Assembly (NCBI GenBank): GCA_963667035.1
Contig: OY762964.1
Location: 1,312,001-1,376,000, forward strand
DNA: 64,000 bases
Direction: 5' to 3'
DNA from: Candidatus Cloacimonadales bacterium
GTDB taxonomy: Bacteria > Cloacimonadota > Cloacimonadia > Cloacimonadales > JAFGVF01
In this document: piece after piece, positions 8,746 through 18,735 of the stretch
Layout of the letters: every line of letters starts with the position of its first letter
Position numbering within the stretch: the first letter of the stretch is position 1
Program-made: the position numbers and the translations under genes
The notes under the pieces: generated by a model
What the model was told of the DNA's origin: nothing
The model's database searches: none
The model's input: only the letters and a program-made list of their open reading frames with translations

Positions 8746-9063
8746 ATGGATAAGAATCAAGGGTTACAAATTAATTTTGAAAACCTTATGAAGTTGGGAT
8801 TTGCGGTAATTGATGTGCGTTTTAAGGATTATGAAGTAACAAATTCTTTATATAAATATGTTATTTCTGCTGTTGACTCTGATAGAGAGGAGTTTTATAT
8901 TCAAATGCTTAAAACTTATACGGGGAAAGAGTTTAAAGCAGGAGAAGTTCAGGATGTATGGGTTGCTATACTTGAACATAAAATCAAGATGAGTATGATA
9001 CTCAAACGTGATATTGCCATTAAAGTTGCTGCAATGGATTATGTGGAGACTCGTCTGGCATAG
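8746..9063 (+). CDS. Hypothetical small protein (C-terminal W..ILEHK..MS..L.RD..IKVAAMDY helical motif, DUF4032-like)
   Basis: AGGAG RBS, 105-aa ORF directly upstream of ndk. Confidence 0.7.
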   Translation: MDKNQGLQINFENLMKLGFAVIDVRFKDYEVTNSLYKYVISAVDSDREEFYIQMLKTYTGKEFKAGEVQDVWVAILEHKIKMSMILKRDIAIKVAAMDYVETRLA

Positions 9064-9068
9064 TCAAT

Positions 9069-9470
9069 ATGGAAAAAACTCTTTTACTGATTAAACCTGA
9101 TGCTACTAAAGCGAGAAAGATTGGAGAGATTATTTCAATTATAGAAAGCAAAAGGTATAAAATTGACGAAATTATCATGTTTCGTTTCACTAAAGAATTG
9201 GTTGAACAATTCTATTCCGTACACAGGGAGAAAGAATTCTTTGAGGATTTACAAGAGTTTATGTGTTCAGGAAAAACAGTGGCGATTGTAATATCAGGAT
9301 TGAATGTTATCACTAGAATCAGAAATCTTATCGGTCCCACTGATCCTGAAAAATGCAGACCGGGAACAATTAGAGGTCAATTTGCTACTTCATTAAGAAG
9401 AAATGCTGTTCATGCTTCCGATTCGGAAAGCAGTTTTAAATCGGAGCACAGAGCAATCTTCGGGTATTAG
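9069..9470 (+). CDS. ndk: Nucleoside diphosphate kinase
   Basis: KTLLLIKPDA, PGTIRG, NAVHASDS (phospho-His). Confidence 0.95.
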   Translation: MEKTLLLIKPDATKARKIGEIISIIESKRYKIDEIIMFRFTKELVEQFYSVHREKEFFEDLQEFMCSGKTVAIVISGLNVITRIRNLIGPTDPEKCRPGTIRGQFATSLRRNAVHASDSESSFKSEHRAIFGY

Positions 9471-9488
9471 CAGATATAAAATAGTTTT

Positions 9489-9524
9489 GTCCCTCAAGAT
9501 ATATTATCTTGAGGGACTTTTTTT
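9489..9524 (+). terminator. Rho-independent terminator
   Basis: GTCCCTCAAGATA/TATCTTGAGGGAC stem followed by T7. Confidence 0.85.
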
Positions 9525-9615
9525 ATTTGTTAACAAAATTCGGTAAGCGATTATAACATTGACATAAATACCCACTCAACAAACTGGAAACAAATTATTG
9601 ATAGTTGGAGAGCTT

Positions 9616-12207
9616 ATGAAAAAATTTGCATCCTTACTGGCACTTATACTGTTCGCCTCATTGGCATTCAGTCAGGAGATGCTTAGAGAAGTGCTTCCTA
9701 ATGGAATGGAAGTGGTAGTAAAAAAGAATGATACTAATAACTCGACCGGAGTATACTGTTTTGTGAAAACAGGCTCTTGCTATGAAGAAGAATTCATGGG
9801 TTGCGGTCTTTCTCATTATCTGGAGCATCTAGTTTCAAGCGGAACAAATGATTTCAGAACCGAGAGCGAGTATCAAGATATCTATAAAAGAGACGGTTTG
9901 AGTTCTAATGCTTACACAAGCACCAATGTAACCGCTTATCATCTGACAGGCGAATCTACTCACACCGACTCTATGATTACATACATCTCCGAGATGGTAA
10001 CATCATGCCGTTTGGATCAATTTGAAGTTGATAGAGAGAAAGAAGTTATCTTAAAAGAGTTTGTATATAGAAGCTCACCAATAAATGCCCAGATAAGACA
10101 GCGCGGCAATGAGATATTCTATCCAAATTCAACTAATAAATATCCGGTAATCGGTTATGTAAATTTGTTTAAGAATGTCACCAGAGATGATTTGGTCACA
10201 TACTACAATAGACACTATGTTCCCAATAACATGATTCTTGTTGTTTCCGGTAATATTGATGTGAAGAAAACAATGGAACATGTGAAGAACACTTATGCCA
10301 AATTTGATCGACAGAGATACAATCCGATAGTTTTAAGTAAACAACCCGGATATGAAGGAAATCATAAGATAGTGCAGGAATTTGATACTGAGAACTCTCA
10401 AGTCATTATTAAATACATACTCCCGGGAGTATCTAATGCCGAGGTTAAAGCTCTCTCAATGGCTCTTCATAACCTTACAGGTCCAAGAAAATCCCCTCTC
10501 TCCTATCTCTTGAAAGATGAATTGCAACTTGTAGAATACATTGTTGGTTATGCTTCCCCTGAATCACGAGAAAACTATCCGGAAGTAAACTTCTATTTCA
10601 ATGCTTATAATGCTGAAGATATAAACAAGATTATTGATATTATCGATAGCGAGATTGCTAAGCAAATCAAACTCGGTTTGAGTGAAAAAAGAGCTAATGA
10701 CTTTGTTGGAAGATACAAAGCTTGGTTACAGTTAAAGAGTGAAGATCCTGATACCGAGTGTAATACAATGGGTAGAAACATGCTTACTTACGGTGTGCCT
10801 TTTACACTTGAAGATGACATTGAAGTGTATGAAACAATTACTGTTGAGGATATGGAACGTGTTCTAAAAAACTATATTGTTCCTAAGAATCGTATGACCT
10901 ATTGTGCAGTACCTATCGGTAAAGCTGATTTGGTTGAAGGCAATCAGAATGTTGTAGCCCTCAAAAAAGACTTCAATAGAGTTATCGATAGCAAGAATAT
11001 GTCTCTTATGATTAAAGAAAATCATACTCGTCCTATACTCAATGCTACTATTAACTTATCAGTATCAACTGATTATGAAGATGAAAACACACAGAATAAA
11101 TTTGATGCTGTTGCGGAGATGCTTTTACGTGGTTCTAAGAACTATTCGTCTCTTGATCTCACCGAATGGTTTGAAAACCATCTCACATATCCTGATGTAG
11201 CAGTATTCCCTCGTGGTCTTCAAATAAGTTTTACATGTATTAAAGATGATTATCCTGCTATGCAAAACATTATACTAGATGCTCTAAACAATCCTTCCTT
11301 CGATCAAAAAGAGATTGAATTGTATCGTCAAGACCTCAAAGCTGAACTACAAAGATTACCTTCAAATGTTAGTGCAGCTCATAGAGATTTTCGTAATAGT
11401 GTCTTATATCCCGGAACTAAAAACGGAACGGCAAAGGCCGATGTTCTTAAAAGCTTAATTGCAATGGAGAAGAATGATTATGAGAATATCTTCAAAGATT
11501 ACTTTCATGGAGAGAAAATAACTGTTGTATTTGTTGGTGATATAACCGAGGATGAAGCGAAGCATTATGCAGAAGCTTTAAAAGACGGTGTGAATACTAA
11601 GAAAGTTCGTGGTACAAAGACTACTTTGCAAATTCCTGAATTAGACGGTGTATACGAGAATCAATATAATTTCGAACAAGTAAACGTTGATGTTAACATG
11701 AAAGCTCCCCTCTTAACGGATAAAGACTATTATCCTTATTTTGTAATGACTCAGATTCTTTCAGGAAGCACAGGAAGATTGCACGAAGCAACAAGAGGTA
11801 CTAAAGACCTAGCGTATTTTGCTTATGCTTCATACTCCGCTACTCCTGATTACGGGTTCATGAGAGTTACATCTCAAACATCTGTAGATAAGAAAGACGA
11901 GCTTGTTTCAACAGTAAATGCTGAGCTTGATAGAATTCAGAATGAACTTGTATCTCAAGATGAGATCAGCCTCTCAATTGGAGAATATGAGAAACAGATT
12001 GCCACAATGATAACTGATGAGAATATCGCAGGATTCATAATGAGCAAGGAGTTATACGGACAACGCTTTGAAGATAGAGCTAAGGAAATGGAGAAATTTA
12101 AGAGTGTTACTCCGGAAGAGATAAAAGCTGTAGCTAAGAAGTATCTTAACAAAAGAGCCGTGTTTGTTTCTTATCCTAATAATGATGTAAAGAAACTTGT
12201 AGATTAA
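9616..12207 (+). CDS. Secreted M16 (pitrilysin-like) zinc peptidase
   Basis: Signal peptide from ATG 9616, LPNG, inverted zinc motif HYLEH, NAYTS, EKEVILKE. Confidence 0.88.
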   Translation: MKKFASLLALILFASLAFSQEMLREVLPNGMEVVVKKNDTNNSTGVYCFVKTGSCYEEEFMGCGLSHYLEHLVSSGTNDFRTESEYQDIYKRDGLSSNAYTSTNVTAYHLTGESTHTDSMITYISEMVTSCRLDQFEVDREKEVILKEFVYRSSPINAQIRQRGNEIFYPNSTNKYPVIGYVNLFKNVTRDDLVTYYNRHYVPNNMILVVSGNIDVKKTMEHVKNTYAKFDRQRYNPIVLSKQPGYEGNHKIVQEFDTENSQVIIKYILPGVSNAEVKALSMALHNLTGPRKSPLSYLLKDELQLVEYIVGYASPESRENYPEVNFYFNAYNAEDINKIIDIIDSEIAKQIKLGLSEKRANDFVGRYKAWLQLKSEDPDTECNTMGRNMLTYGVPFTLEDDIEVYETITVEDMERVLKNYIVPKNRMTYCAVPIGKADLVEGNQNVVALKKDFNRVIDSKNMSLMIKENHTRPILNATINLSVSTDYEDENTQNKFDAVAEMLLRGSKNYSSLDLTEWFENHLTYPDVAVFPRGLQISFTCIKDDYPAMQNIILDALNNPSFDQKEIELYRQDLKAELQRLPSNVSAAHRDFRNSVLYPGTKNGTAKADVLKSLIAMEKNDYENIFKDYFHGEKITVVFVGDITEDEAKHYAEALKDGVNTKKVRGTKTTLQIPELDGVYENQYNFEQVNVDVNMKAPLLTDKDYYPYFVMTQILSGSTGRLHEATRGTKDLAYFAYASYSATPDYGFMRVTSQTSVDKKDELVSTVNAELDRIQNELVSQDEISLSIGEYEKQIATMITDENIAGFIMSKELYGQRFEDRAKEMEKFKSVTPEEIKAVAKKYLNKRAVFVSYPNNDVKKLVD

Positions 12208-12220
12208 ATCACAAATATAG

Positions 12221-12251
12221 AAAAAGGGAGCTAAAAATTAGCTCCCTTTTT
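12221..12251. terminator. Bidirectional terminator
   Basis: AAAAAGGGAGCTAA/TTAGCTCCCTTTTT between convergent genes. Confidence 0.85.
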
Positions 12252-12264
12252 ATTTTATCCAAAC

Positions 12265-12969
12265 TTAATTGTCTGTAGGATTCCAAGTAATATTCAATTC
12301 GTTGTTATTATCTTTGGCAACAAAATAAGCCTTTTGAGTATTTCCGGTTACCGAATCCTTTAAATATACTAGAGTAGTATCAAACTCAGTGATAGTCTCT
12401 ACAAATTCGCCATTATAATCAGTAATATCCATCTCTAAATCAGAATATAAATTAAGAAAAGGTTTCTTATTCATACTTTTTAGTGTACTATGCTGAATCA
12501 TCTCATTCGGGTTTTCTAATGTAATCAAATACATTTCTCTTTCCAAACTATTGGTGGTCTCATCATCATTATTGAGAAGTGTAAGGCGATAATAATACAA
12601 TCCGGAAACAACATAGTTACCATCTTCATCTGTTCCATTCCATGCTACTTGATGACTTCCCTGTTCCATGTAATCATCTGCAATTTTCTTTATTAATTCA
12701 TGCTCTATGTCATATATAGTAAGGTTAACTCTAGAAGGATTAGGAAGGTCAAACCTAATAGATGTTGTAGGTCTGCCGTCTTTAAGATCGAATGTTTCCG
12801 AATGGTCAACAACATTCTTACTCAAAAGAAATACTTCAACATTTTCAGGGACTTGCTCCCCATTAAGCTTAATTCTAAGAAAGGTGTTATCATCCGAATT
12901 GCTATCATTACAACCGGCTAATAACATTAACAACACAACAAGACTACATAGAAATAATATAATCTTCAA
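12265..12969 (-). CDS. Lipoprotein with an internal FlgD Ig-like domain
   Basis: Lipobox LAGC; PTTSIRF...LTIYD...WNGTDEDG..VSGLYYYRL. The TTG at 12969 follows an AAGGAG RBS (the ORF track starts at 13014). Confidence 0.75.
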   Translation of the reverse strand: MKIILFLCSLVVLLMLLAGCNDSNSDDNTFLRIKLNGEQVPENVEVFLLSKNVVDHSETFDLKDGRPTTSIRFDLPNPSRVNLTIYDIEHELIKKIADDYMEQGSHQVAWNGTDEDGNYVVSGLYYYRLTLLNNDDETTNSLEREMYLITLENPNEMIQHSTLKSMNKKPFLNLYSDLEMDITDYNGEFVETITEFDTTLVYLKDSVTGNTQKAYFVAKDNNNELNITWNPTDN

Positions 12970-13213
12970 CGATATCTCCTTTAACATACAGTACATCCGG
13001 TTTATCAGGTGCACCGTCTTTAATTATCTTATCATTATCACCCTCTAATTTCAATCTCCATATCTCCCACATTCCTTCTTTTTCAACAAGACAGAATGTC
13101 AGTTTTTTCTTAATGAAATCGCTAACAATGAATTCAATCTCTTCTAACGGTTCTGCCTTAGTAACAGGAATACAAAATTCTTCACTTCTAAATACAAATT
13201 CACCCTTTGCCAT
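12944..13213 (-). CDS. Hypothetical protein
   Basis: 89-aa ORF with GAGG RBS, packed within the operon. Confidence 0.65.
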   Translation of the reverse strand: MAKGEFVFRSEEFCIPVTKAEPLEEIEFIVSDFIKKKLTFCLVEKEGMWEIWRLKLEGDNDKIIKDGAPDKPDVLYVKGDIVEDYIISM

Positions 13214-13224
13214 AGTAACCTCTT

Positions 13225-13812
13225 TTAATTCAAAAATTCATGAACTTTGAAACAACCTATATTGTCTATCCATAATGGTTCATTTTGATATGATGGAATA
13301 ATAAAGATTATTCTTCCATATTTGGCTGTCGATTTAAACAAACCGGCACTAATCTCCACTGCTTCCCAAGAATCTCCCGGTTTAATGGGTACAGTGAATT
13401 TATCTTTTAACTCGCCTTTTTTATTATAAGATCTGAATTCCATCTTAACAGTTGTTTTGTTAGCATTTGTTGATTTTACAAAAGCTTTCACATAATAACC
13501 TGCATTCTTATCAATGCTGAATGATTCGGACACTATTAATTTTCTTTGCCCCGTAGGTTCAATGAGCAATGAATTACTACCCTCAGCACTATGATTAGTA
13601 TCTATCTTTAACACTTCAATACTCTTATCTTTTGCCATTACTAACCAAGGAGTAGTGTAATTATCATCTTTGTTCAATGATTCTTCGAAACTACCGTTAA
13701 TAATTAAATCAGGTTTACCGACAGCACTCTCATCTTTAAACAAAATTGAGTTTTTAACAACACATCCCGATAGTATTAAAATAGATAGTAGTATGGGAAC
13801 TATTCTCATCAT
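13225..13812 (-). CDS. Lipoprotein with a carbohydrate-binding (CBM4/9-like jelly-roll) domain
   Basis: Lipobox LSGC; LIINGSFEE...AEGSNSL...LWIDNI. ATG at 13812 after GAGG. Confidence 0.7.
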   Translation of the reverse strand: MMRIVPILLSILILSGCVVKNSILFKDESAVGKPDLIINGSFEESLNKDDNYTTPWLVMAKDKSIEVLKIDTNHSAEGSNSLLIEPTGQRKLIVSESFSIDKNAGYYVKAFVKSTNANKTTVKMEFRSYNKKGELKDKFTVPIKPGDSWEAVEISAGLFKSTAKYGRIIFIIPSYQNEPLWIDNIGCFKVHEFLN

Positions 13813-13823
13813 AACCTCACGTA

Positions 13824-15044
13824 TCACTTTAATAAGCCTTTTTCCAATCTAAACTTTAAGATTAAACCGACTGCAATAGTATTAACAAGTAAATTACTTC
13901 CGCCGTAACTAATAAACGGTAATGGAACACCTGTTGTTGGCATTATTCCTATATTCATACCAATATTAACGAAGAATTGAAATGCCAAATAACAGATTAT
14001 ACCAACACACGCTATTTTTCTATCCCGAACAATAATCTTGTCAATGTTTTTAATTAACTTTGTTAAAAAAACGGTATATAGTATAATTAGTAACCCTGCT
14101 CCTAATAAACCGAATTCTTCACCTATTACAGAGAATATAAAGTCGGTATGTTTCTCGGGTAAGAAGTCCATATTTTTTTGTGTACCAAGCAGGAAACCCT
14201 TTCCATACAAGCCTCCAGAGCCTATAGCAATCTTGGCTTGAATAACTTGATAACCTGCACCCAAAGGATCGTGATTGGGATTCAGGAATGTCAGTATTCT
14301 TCCTTGTTGGTAGGGTTTAAACCCATTCCAAATAACAGGAATCATAAAGAAAATTACCCCATTAACTATATTCAGAATTGCATTTATAGGCCATGCGATT
14401 CCTCTCTTATGAATGTAGATAATTAATATTAATATAAAAAGTATAAACAGAATATTATTGAACGATAACAACACCGATAGTATGGGACTAATTATCATTA
14501 ATAAATAGACAAATGGAACTCCAGCTGCAGCATACATTCCAAAAAGTATCACCCAAAATACTATAGTTGTACCGAAATCCGGTTCTATCAGAATAAAGAA
14601 TATAGGTATTATTGCCGGGATGAGACCTTTCAAGAGGATTTCAGTTTCCGGCATGTGTTTCTTTGAAATAACCTTCGATATCATCAGAATCATAGTTAAC
14701 TTAGCTAGTTCAGAGGGTTGGAAGGAAAGAGGACCTAATGCAAACCAACGATGAGAGCCATTAATTCTTGGCATAAACAATACTAGTACAAGCATTAGGA
14801 TTGAGAGTATGTAGCCAGGGATATAGAATGCCTCAATTAATGGTAATGGAGTGTAGATGATCACTAATAGAGCAATAAAGCTAATGACAAAGAATGCTGT
14901 CTGTTTTAAATAAAACATATTGGTTGTAAGCTCATCCCCTACTTTAGTGGTTGATGCAGTATAAATACAGAATATTCCTACTAAAACCAATAGAACGTAT
15001 AGTACCATTCCTAAATAGTCGAAGTTTTTCCTAAAGTTTGCCAT
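13824..15044 (-). CDS. rodA: Rod shape-determining SEDS protein RodA
   Basis: QPSELAK, EPDFGT, LPEKHTDFIF, PFISYGGS; adjacent to pbp2. Confidence 0.93.
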   Translation of the reverse strand: MANFRKNFDYLGMVLYVLLVLVGIFCIYTASTTKVGDELTTNMFYLKQTAFFVISFIALLVIIYTPLPLIEAFYIPGYILSILMLVLVLFMPRINGSHRWFALGPLSFQPSELAKLTMILMISKVISKKHMPETEILLKGLIPAIIPIFFILIEPDFGTTIVFWVILFGMYAAAGVPFVYLLMIISPILSVLLSFNNILFILFILILIIYIHKRGIAWPINAILNIVNGVIFFMIPVIWNGFKPYQQGRILTFLNPNHDPLGAGYQVIQAKIAIGSGGLYGKGFLLGTQKNMDFLPEKHTDFIFSVIGEEFGLLGAGLLIILYTVFLTKLIKNIDKIIVRDRKIACVGIICYLAFQFFVNIGMNIGIMPTTGVPLPFISYGGSNLLVNTIAVGLILKFRLEKGLLK

Positions 15045-16815
15045 CAGCTAAGTCTCTCCGGTAATCATGATAAAACTTGAATATCTTTCCTGCAATTGGG
15101 GCAGCAGCACTTCCTCCATGACCTGCATTCTCTAGAAAAACAGTAACGGTGATCCCCGGATCATCAGTCAGATCATAACCTGCAAACCAAGCATGAGTAT
15201 CCTTCCCCTGATGATTCTCGGCAGAACCTGTTTTTCCATAAAGTTTTGAACCTCTGTATCGTATATGGTTAGCCGTTCCTTTTGATTCATTCATAACTTT
15301 CCAAAGTCCCTCTTGAACAATCTTAAGATTAGATTGTGAGATTGGAAGTACTCCTATATAATCATCCGCTGTATCACTATACTCAATCTCTTTATCTCCT
15401 ACTGTTTGTTTAAAAAGGTGAGGTCTAGTCCACTTACCGTCATTAGCCAAGGCATTATAGTAAGCACAAATCTGAATTGGAGAGACAAGTAACTCTCCTT
15501 GTCCAATAGATAAATTAACTTTAGGACCAATTATACCGGTATATCGTCCATAATTCTCTTTATACCAACCGGTGGATGGAAAGAACCCATTTCTTTCATT
15601 CAAAAGGTCAATACCTGTTTTAACCGTTAAAAAACTTTTCTTTGTATAAGCTCCCATTTCATCTAAATCCATATTCAGCGAAACATCATAAAAGAAAACA
15701 TCACACGATACTTTAAGAGCTTCTTTTACATCAAGTCTACCATGCCCGTGTTCATCCCAGCATTTAAAGTATCTGTTACCAATATCCATACCACCGTTGC
15801 AAAAGTGCATTTTTGTATATTCTGTAACTATATTATCTTCAAGAGCCATTGAAGCTACAACTGCTTTGTATACTGAGCCCGGAGGATAACCGGAATGGAT
15901 AATTCTATCCATCATAGGCTTTTTTTCATTATTCATTAATGAATTCCAAATATCTACATCAATTCTACGCATGAAGATGTTTTGGTCAAATTCAGGGAAA
16001 CTTACATAAGCAAGAACTTCTCCAGTTTTCTGGTCCATTACAACAACTGCTCCGCTGTACCGTTTAGGAACAATGTCCATTATATATTCTTGCAAATCAT
16101 TATCGATAGTAAGAATTAAATCCAACCCTTTCTTAGTCGGGATATCCGTTACATCCTCAAAAAGAGCCAAATTCCTACCTCTTGAATCTACTTGAGTAAG
16201 CTCCCAACCATCTTGACCTTTAAGAAGGACTTCGTAATACTTCTCAATTCCTGCTCTACCAATTCGAGAATTTATACTGTATCCTTCATCATTCAGAGCA
16301 TTGTACTCATTTGAGTTAATACCACCAATGTATCCTGTAAAATGGTTAGGATATTTGTATTCTCTTGATTGAGCCGACCCGATACTAAGAGAAGGGAAAA
16401 TATCTATTTCTTCGGATAACTCTGCATGTTGGTTTTCAGTAAGATTCTCTACTATCATAATCTTCATATAGGATTTGAATCTGTAATCAAATAACAATTC
16501 CTTAAACTCATCGTTTTCAAGTCCGAATCTCTTCTCCAGAAAAACCTGTAATTCACTTTTATCTCTAATTCTCACAGGTGTAATGTAAAGATTAACTGAC
16601 GGGATATTAGTGACTATAGGTCGAAAGTGTCTATCAAAAATCTCTCCTCTGGTAGCTACAACTCTACGTTTTCTTACATAGTTTCTATCCGCAATATTTG
16701 AATAGTAACTATTCTTCATTATCTGCAATCTAAAGAGTGAGATAAGGAGTATAATTACCAGTAAGTAAATTATTAGTTTTAAATAATCTGTTGTTCTAAG
16801 AGACTGTCTCATCAA
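15031..16815 (-). CDS. mrdA: Penicillin-binding protein 2
   Basis: RGEIFDR, PPGSVYK (SxxK), SCD, KTGSAE; within the mre operon. Confidence 0.92.
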   Translation of the reverse strand: MMRQSLRTTDYLKLIIYLLVIILLISLFRLQIMKNSYYSNIADRNYVRKRRVVATRGEIFDRHFRPIVTNIPSVNLYITPVRIRDKSELQVFLEKRFGLENDEFKELLFDYRFKSYMKIMIVENLTENQHAELSEEIDIFPSLSIGSAQSREYKYPNHFTGYIGGINSNEYNALNDEGYSINSRIGRAGIEKYYEVLLKGQDGWELTQVDSRGRNLALFEDVTDIPTKKGLDLILTIDNDLQEYIMDIVPKRYSGAVVVMDQKTGEVLAYVSFPEFDQNIFMRRIDVDIWNSLMNNEKKPMMDRIIHSGYPPGSVYKAVVASMALEDNIVTEYTKMHFCNGGMDIGNRYFKCWDEHGHGRLDVKEALKVSCDVFFYDVSLNMDLDEMGAYTKKSFLTVKTGIDLLNERNGFFPSTGWYKENYGRYTGIIGPKVNLSIGQGELLVSPIQICAYYNALANDGKWTRPHLFKQTVGDKEIEYSDTADDYIGVLPISQSNLKIVQEGLWKVMNESKGTANHIRYRGSKLYGKTGSAENHQGKDTHAWFAGYDLTDDPGITVTVFLENAGHGGSAAAPIAGKIFKFYHDYRRDLADGKL

Positions 16816-17290
16816 GAGTTATTTTCAATTGATGTAGTATTATCAATATAAATGCAACTATAATTGAAATGATAGTGTTAATGATAACATTGAGGAAAAA
16901 TTGCCATAACATGTTTGCCGAGAATGAATCGGCTATTGATTGTATCACATAAACTGAGAAGAAATATATAACATTCAAAGTCACTATTGCAAAGATGTTA
17001 TTAAGGAATTTCTCCTTATCTATCAAATTATGCGTTTGTTTCACTATGAAAGTGAGAAGTACAAAGAGTCCTGCATTCATACCTATTGTGAAGGGCGTTG
17101 TTAGGTCTAGTGCTAATCCCAAGAAAAAAGAGATTAACAAACCGGGCATCTGGTTATTATAGATATTCAAATAGATTAAATACCCAATGACCAGATTAGG
17201 CAGTAAGCCTAGGGCATCTATTGGAGAAAATACAAAGACTTGTATATAGAGAATAATTATTGCAAATATTATGCTTCTAATTAGCTTCAT
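16796..17290 (-). CDS. mreD: Rod shape-determining protein MreD
   Basis: Small polytopic membrane protein with PNL and GLALD motifs, located before mrdA. Confidence 0.85.
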   Translation of the reverse strand: MKLIRSIIFAIIILYIQVFVFSPIDALGLLPNLVIGYLIYLNIYNNQMPGLLISFFLGLALDLTTPFTIGMNAGLFVLLTFIVKQTHNLIDKEKFLNNIFAIVTLNVIYFFSVYVIQSIADSFSANMLWQFFLNVIINTIISIIVAFILIILHQLKITLDETVS

Positions 17291-17972
17291 GAACTTTACG
17301 AACTATACATAGTGGGGTCATTTCGTCACCCTGTCCTTGAGGATTATCCTTCATAACAGCTTCTATCATTTTTTTATCTATTCCGTTAGTAAATCCTATC
17401 GCCCAACTTCCACCTATATCATTAATATCCATTACCGCCATATCATAACCGAATTCATCTTTTACTTTCCGGGCTTCTTTTCGTGGATTCAAAGGACCTT
17501 TAATAACACATTCAGTATAAGGTTCTACAGGTGAGGTTGAAGCAGCATCTATCAGTCCCGCTTGCATACCGGCTACTCTATAAAAATCTCCTTTTCTTCC
17601 AAACAGCTTACTGATAGCTCCAACAAAAGCTGCAAATAGTATCCTACACGTACCGCATTCATCTATGGCACATTGCATACTGTATGGTGATCTAAGACCT
17701 ATCCCGTAAGGAACCTTTGCTACAAACTTCCATAAGTGTCTTGCCACAAATCCGACTTTTATCTTATCTACAGGTATTGCTCTACCTTGCATTATTGCTA
17801 ATGGACTTTCACTGATAGTTAGTAAATCCCCTTCTTCAAGATGAGGTAAGGCATATTCCCTAACAATCTCGATAATATTATCGGTAGGTTCCAAGACCTT
17901 TGTTTTGATAGGGATTCTCAGGTATCTATTTCCAAGGTACTCTATTTCAGGTTTATTCTCTCTCATCTTCAT
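17277..17972 (-). CDS. Coenzyme F420-0:gamma-glutamyl ligase (CofE)-like protein
   Basis: RIPIKT, GDLLTISES..AIMQGR, GDFYRVAG, ID, DINDIG, DNPQGQGDEMTP. Confidence 0.8.
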   Translation of the reverse strand: MKMRENKPEIEYLGNRYLRIPIKTKVLEPTDNIIEIVREYALPHLEEGDLLTISESPLAIMQGRAIPVDKIKVGFVARHLWKFVAKVPYGIGLRSPYSMQCAIDECGTCRILFAAFVGAISKLFGRKGDFYRVAGMQAGLIDAASTSPVEPYTECVIKGPLNPRKEARKVKDEFGYDMAVMDINDIGGSWAIGFTNGIDKKMIEAVMKDNPQGQGDEMTPLCIVRKVHEAN

Positions 17973-18732
17973 TTCCTTTAAAGTTCTTTAAAATGTACAC
18001 TGTTTTCAAGTTATCAATGATATTAAATGGTTCAACCTCTGCTGACAAATAGAGGTTATCTTTCGAATCGGTTATGCTCTTAATCACACCTACCGGATAA
18101 TACTTAGGGAAGTGCTTTGAAAGATTAGACACCACCACAGTATCCGCAACACTAATAGGTGAACCGGTCTTAACATAATTCATATACTGCACACCTAAAA
18201 GATTGGTTTCTATCACACCTTGAACACTATTGTGATTTAGTTTAACCGGAAGTTTAAATCTAAAATTAGATATTGGCAGTATCGTTGATTGAAATGCCGA
18301 GACCGTAGCAATCTTACCGACAATACCGACAGAAGTTACAACGGGATCTCCCTCTTTTATCCCTTCAAAGAAACCTTTATCAATAATCAGGGAGCGTTCG
18401 GAATAATTACCGGTATATCCTGATACATCGGCAATCACAGTTTGAGGATTATCTTCTGCATTCTCTTCGTCAAAAGGTTGTCCACTTATCTTTTGATATA
18501 AATCTCTGAATTTCAACACTTCAAGCATAAGCTTGGAGTTACGTATCTTTAACTCTCTATTCTCCGAAATCAATTCGACATTCTTTTTATAAGAATGTAT
18601 GCTGTTAACAAAGGGTAAAAATATAGTCTTAGATAAGAATTCTGCCTTTCTTAATCTTTGCTCCGGACGTCCTACAAAGAATATGAAAGAGATAATAAGC
18701 AGTAGTATAAATATGAATTTATCACGCGACAC
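17953..18732 (-). CDS. mreC: Rod shape-determining protein MreC
   Basis: N-terminal TM, coiled coil (ENRELK), IIDKG..EGIKEGDPV, FPKYYPVG; downstream of mreB. Confidence 0.9.
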   Translation of the reverse strand: MSRDKFIFILLLIISFIFFVGRPEQRLRKAEFLSKTIFLPFVNSIHSYKKNVELISENRELKIRNSKLMLEVLKFRDLYQKISGQPFDEENAEDNPQTVIADVSGYTGNYSERSLIIDKGFFEGIKEGDPVVTSVGIVGKIATVSAFQSTILPISNFRFKLPVKLNHNSVQGVIETNLLGVQYMNYVKTGSPISVADTVVVSNLSKHFPKYYPVGVIKSITDSKDNLYLSAEVEPFNIIDNLKTVYILKNFKGNEDERE

Positions 18733-18735
18733 AGC

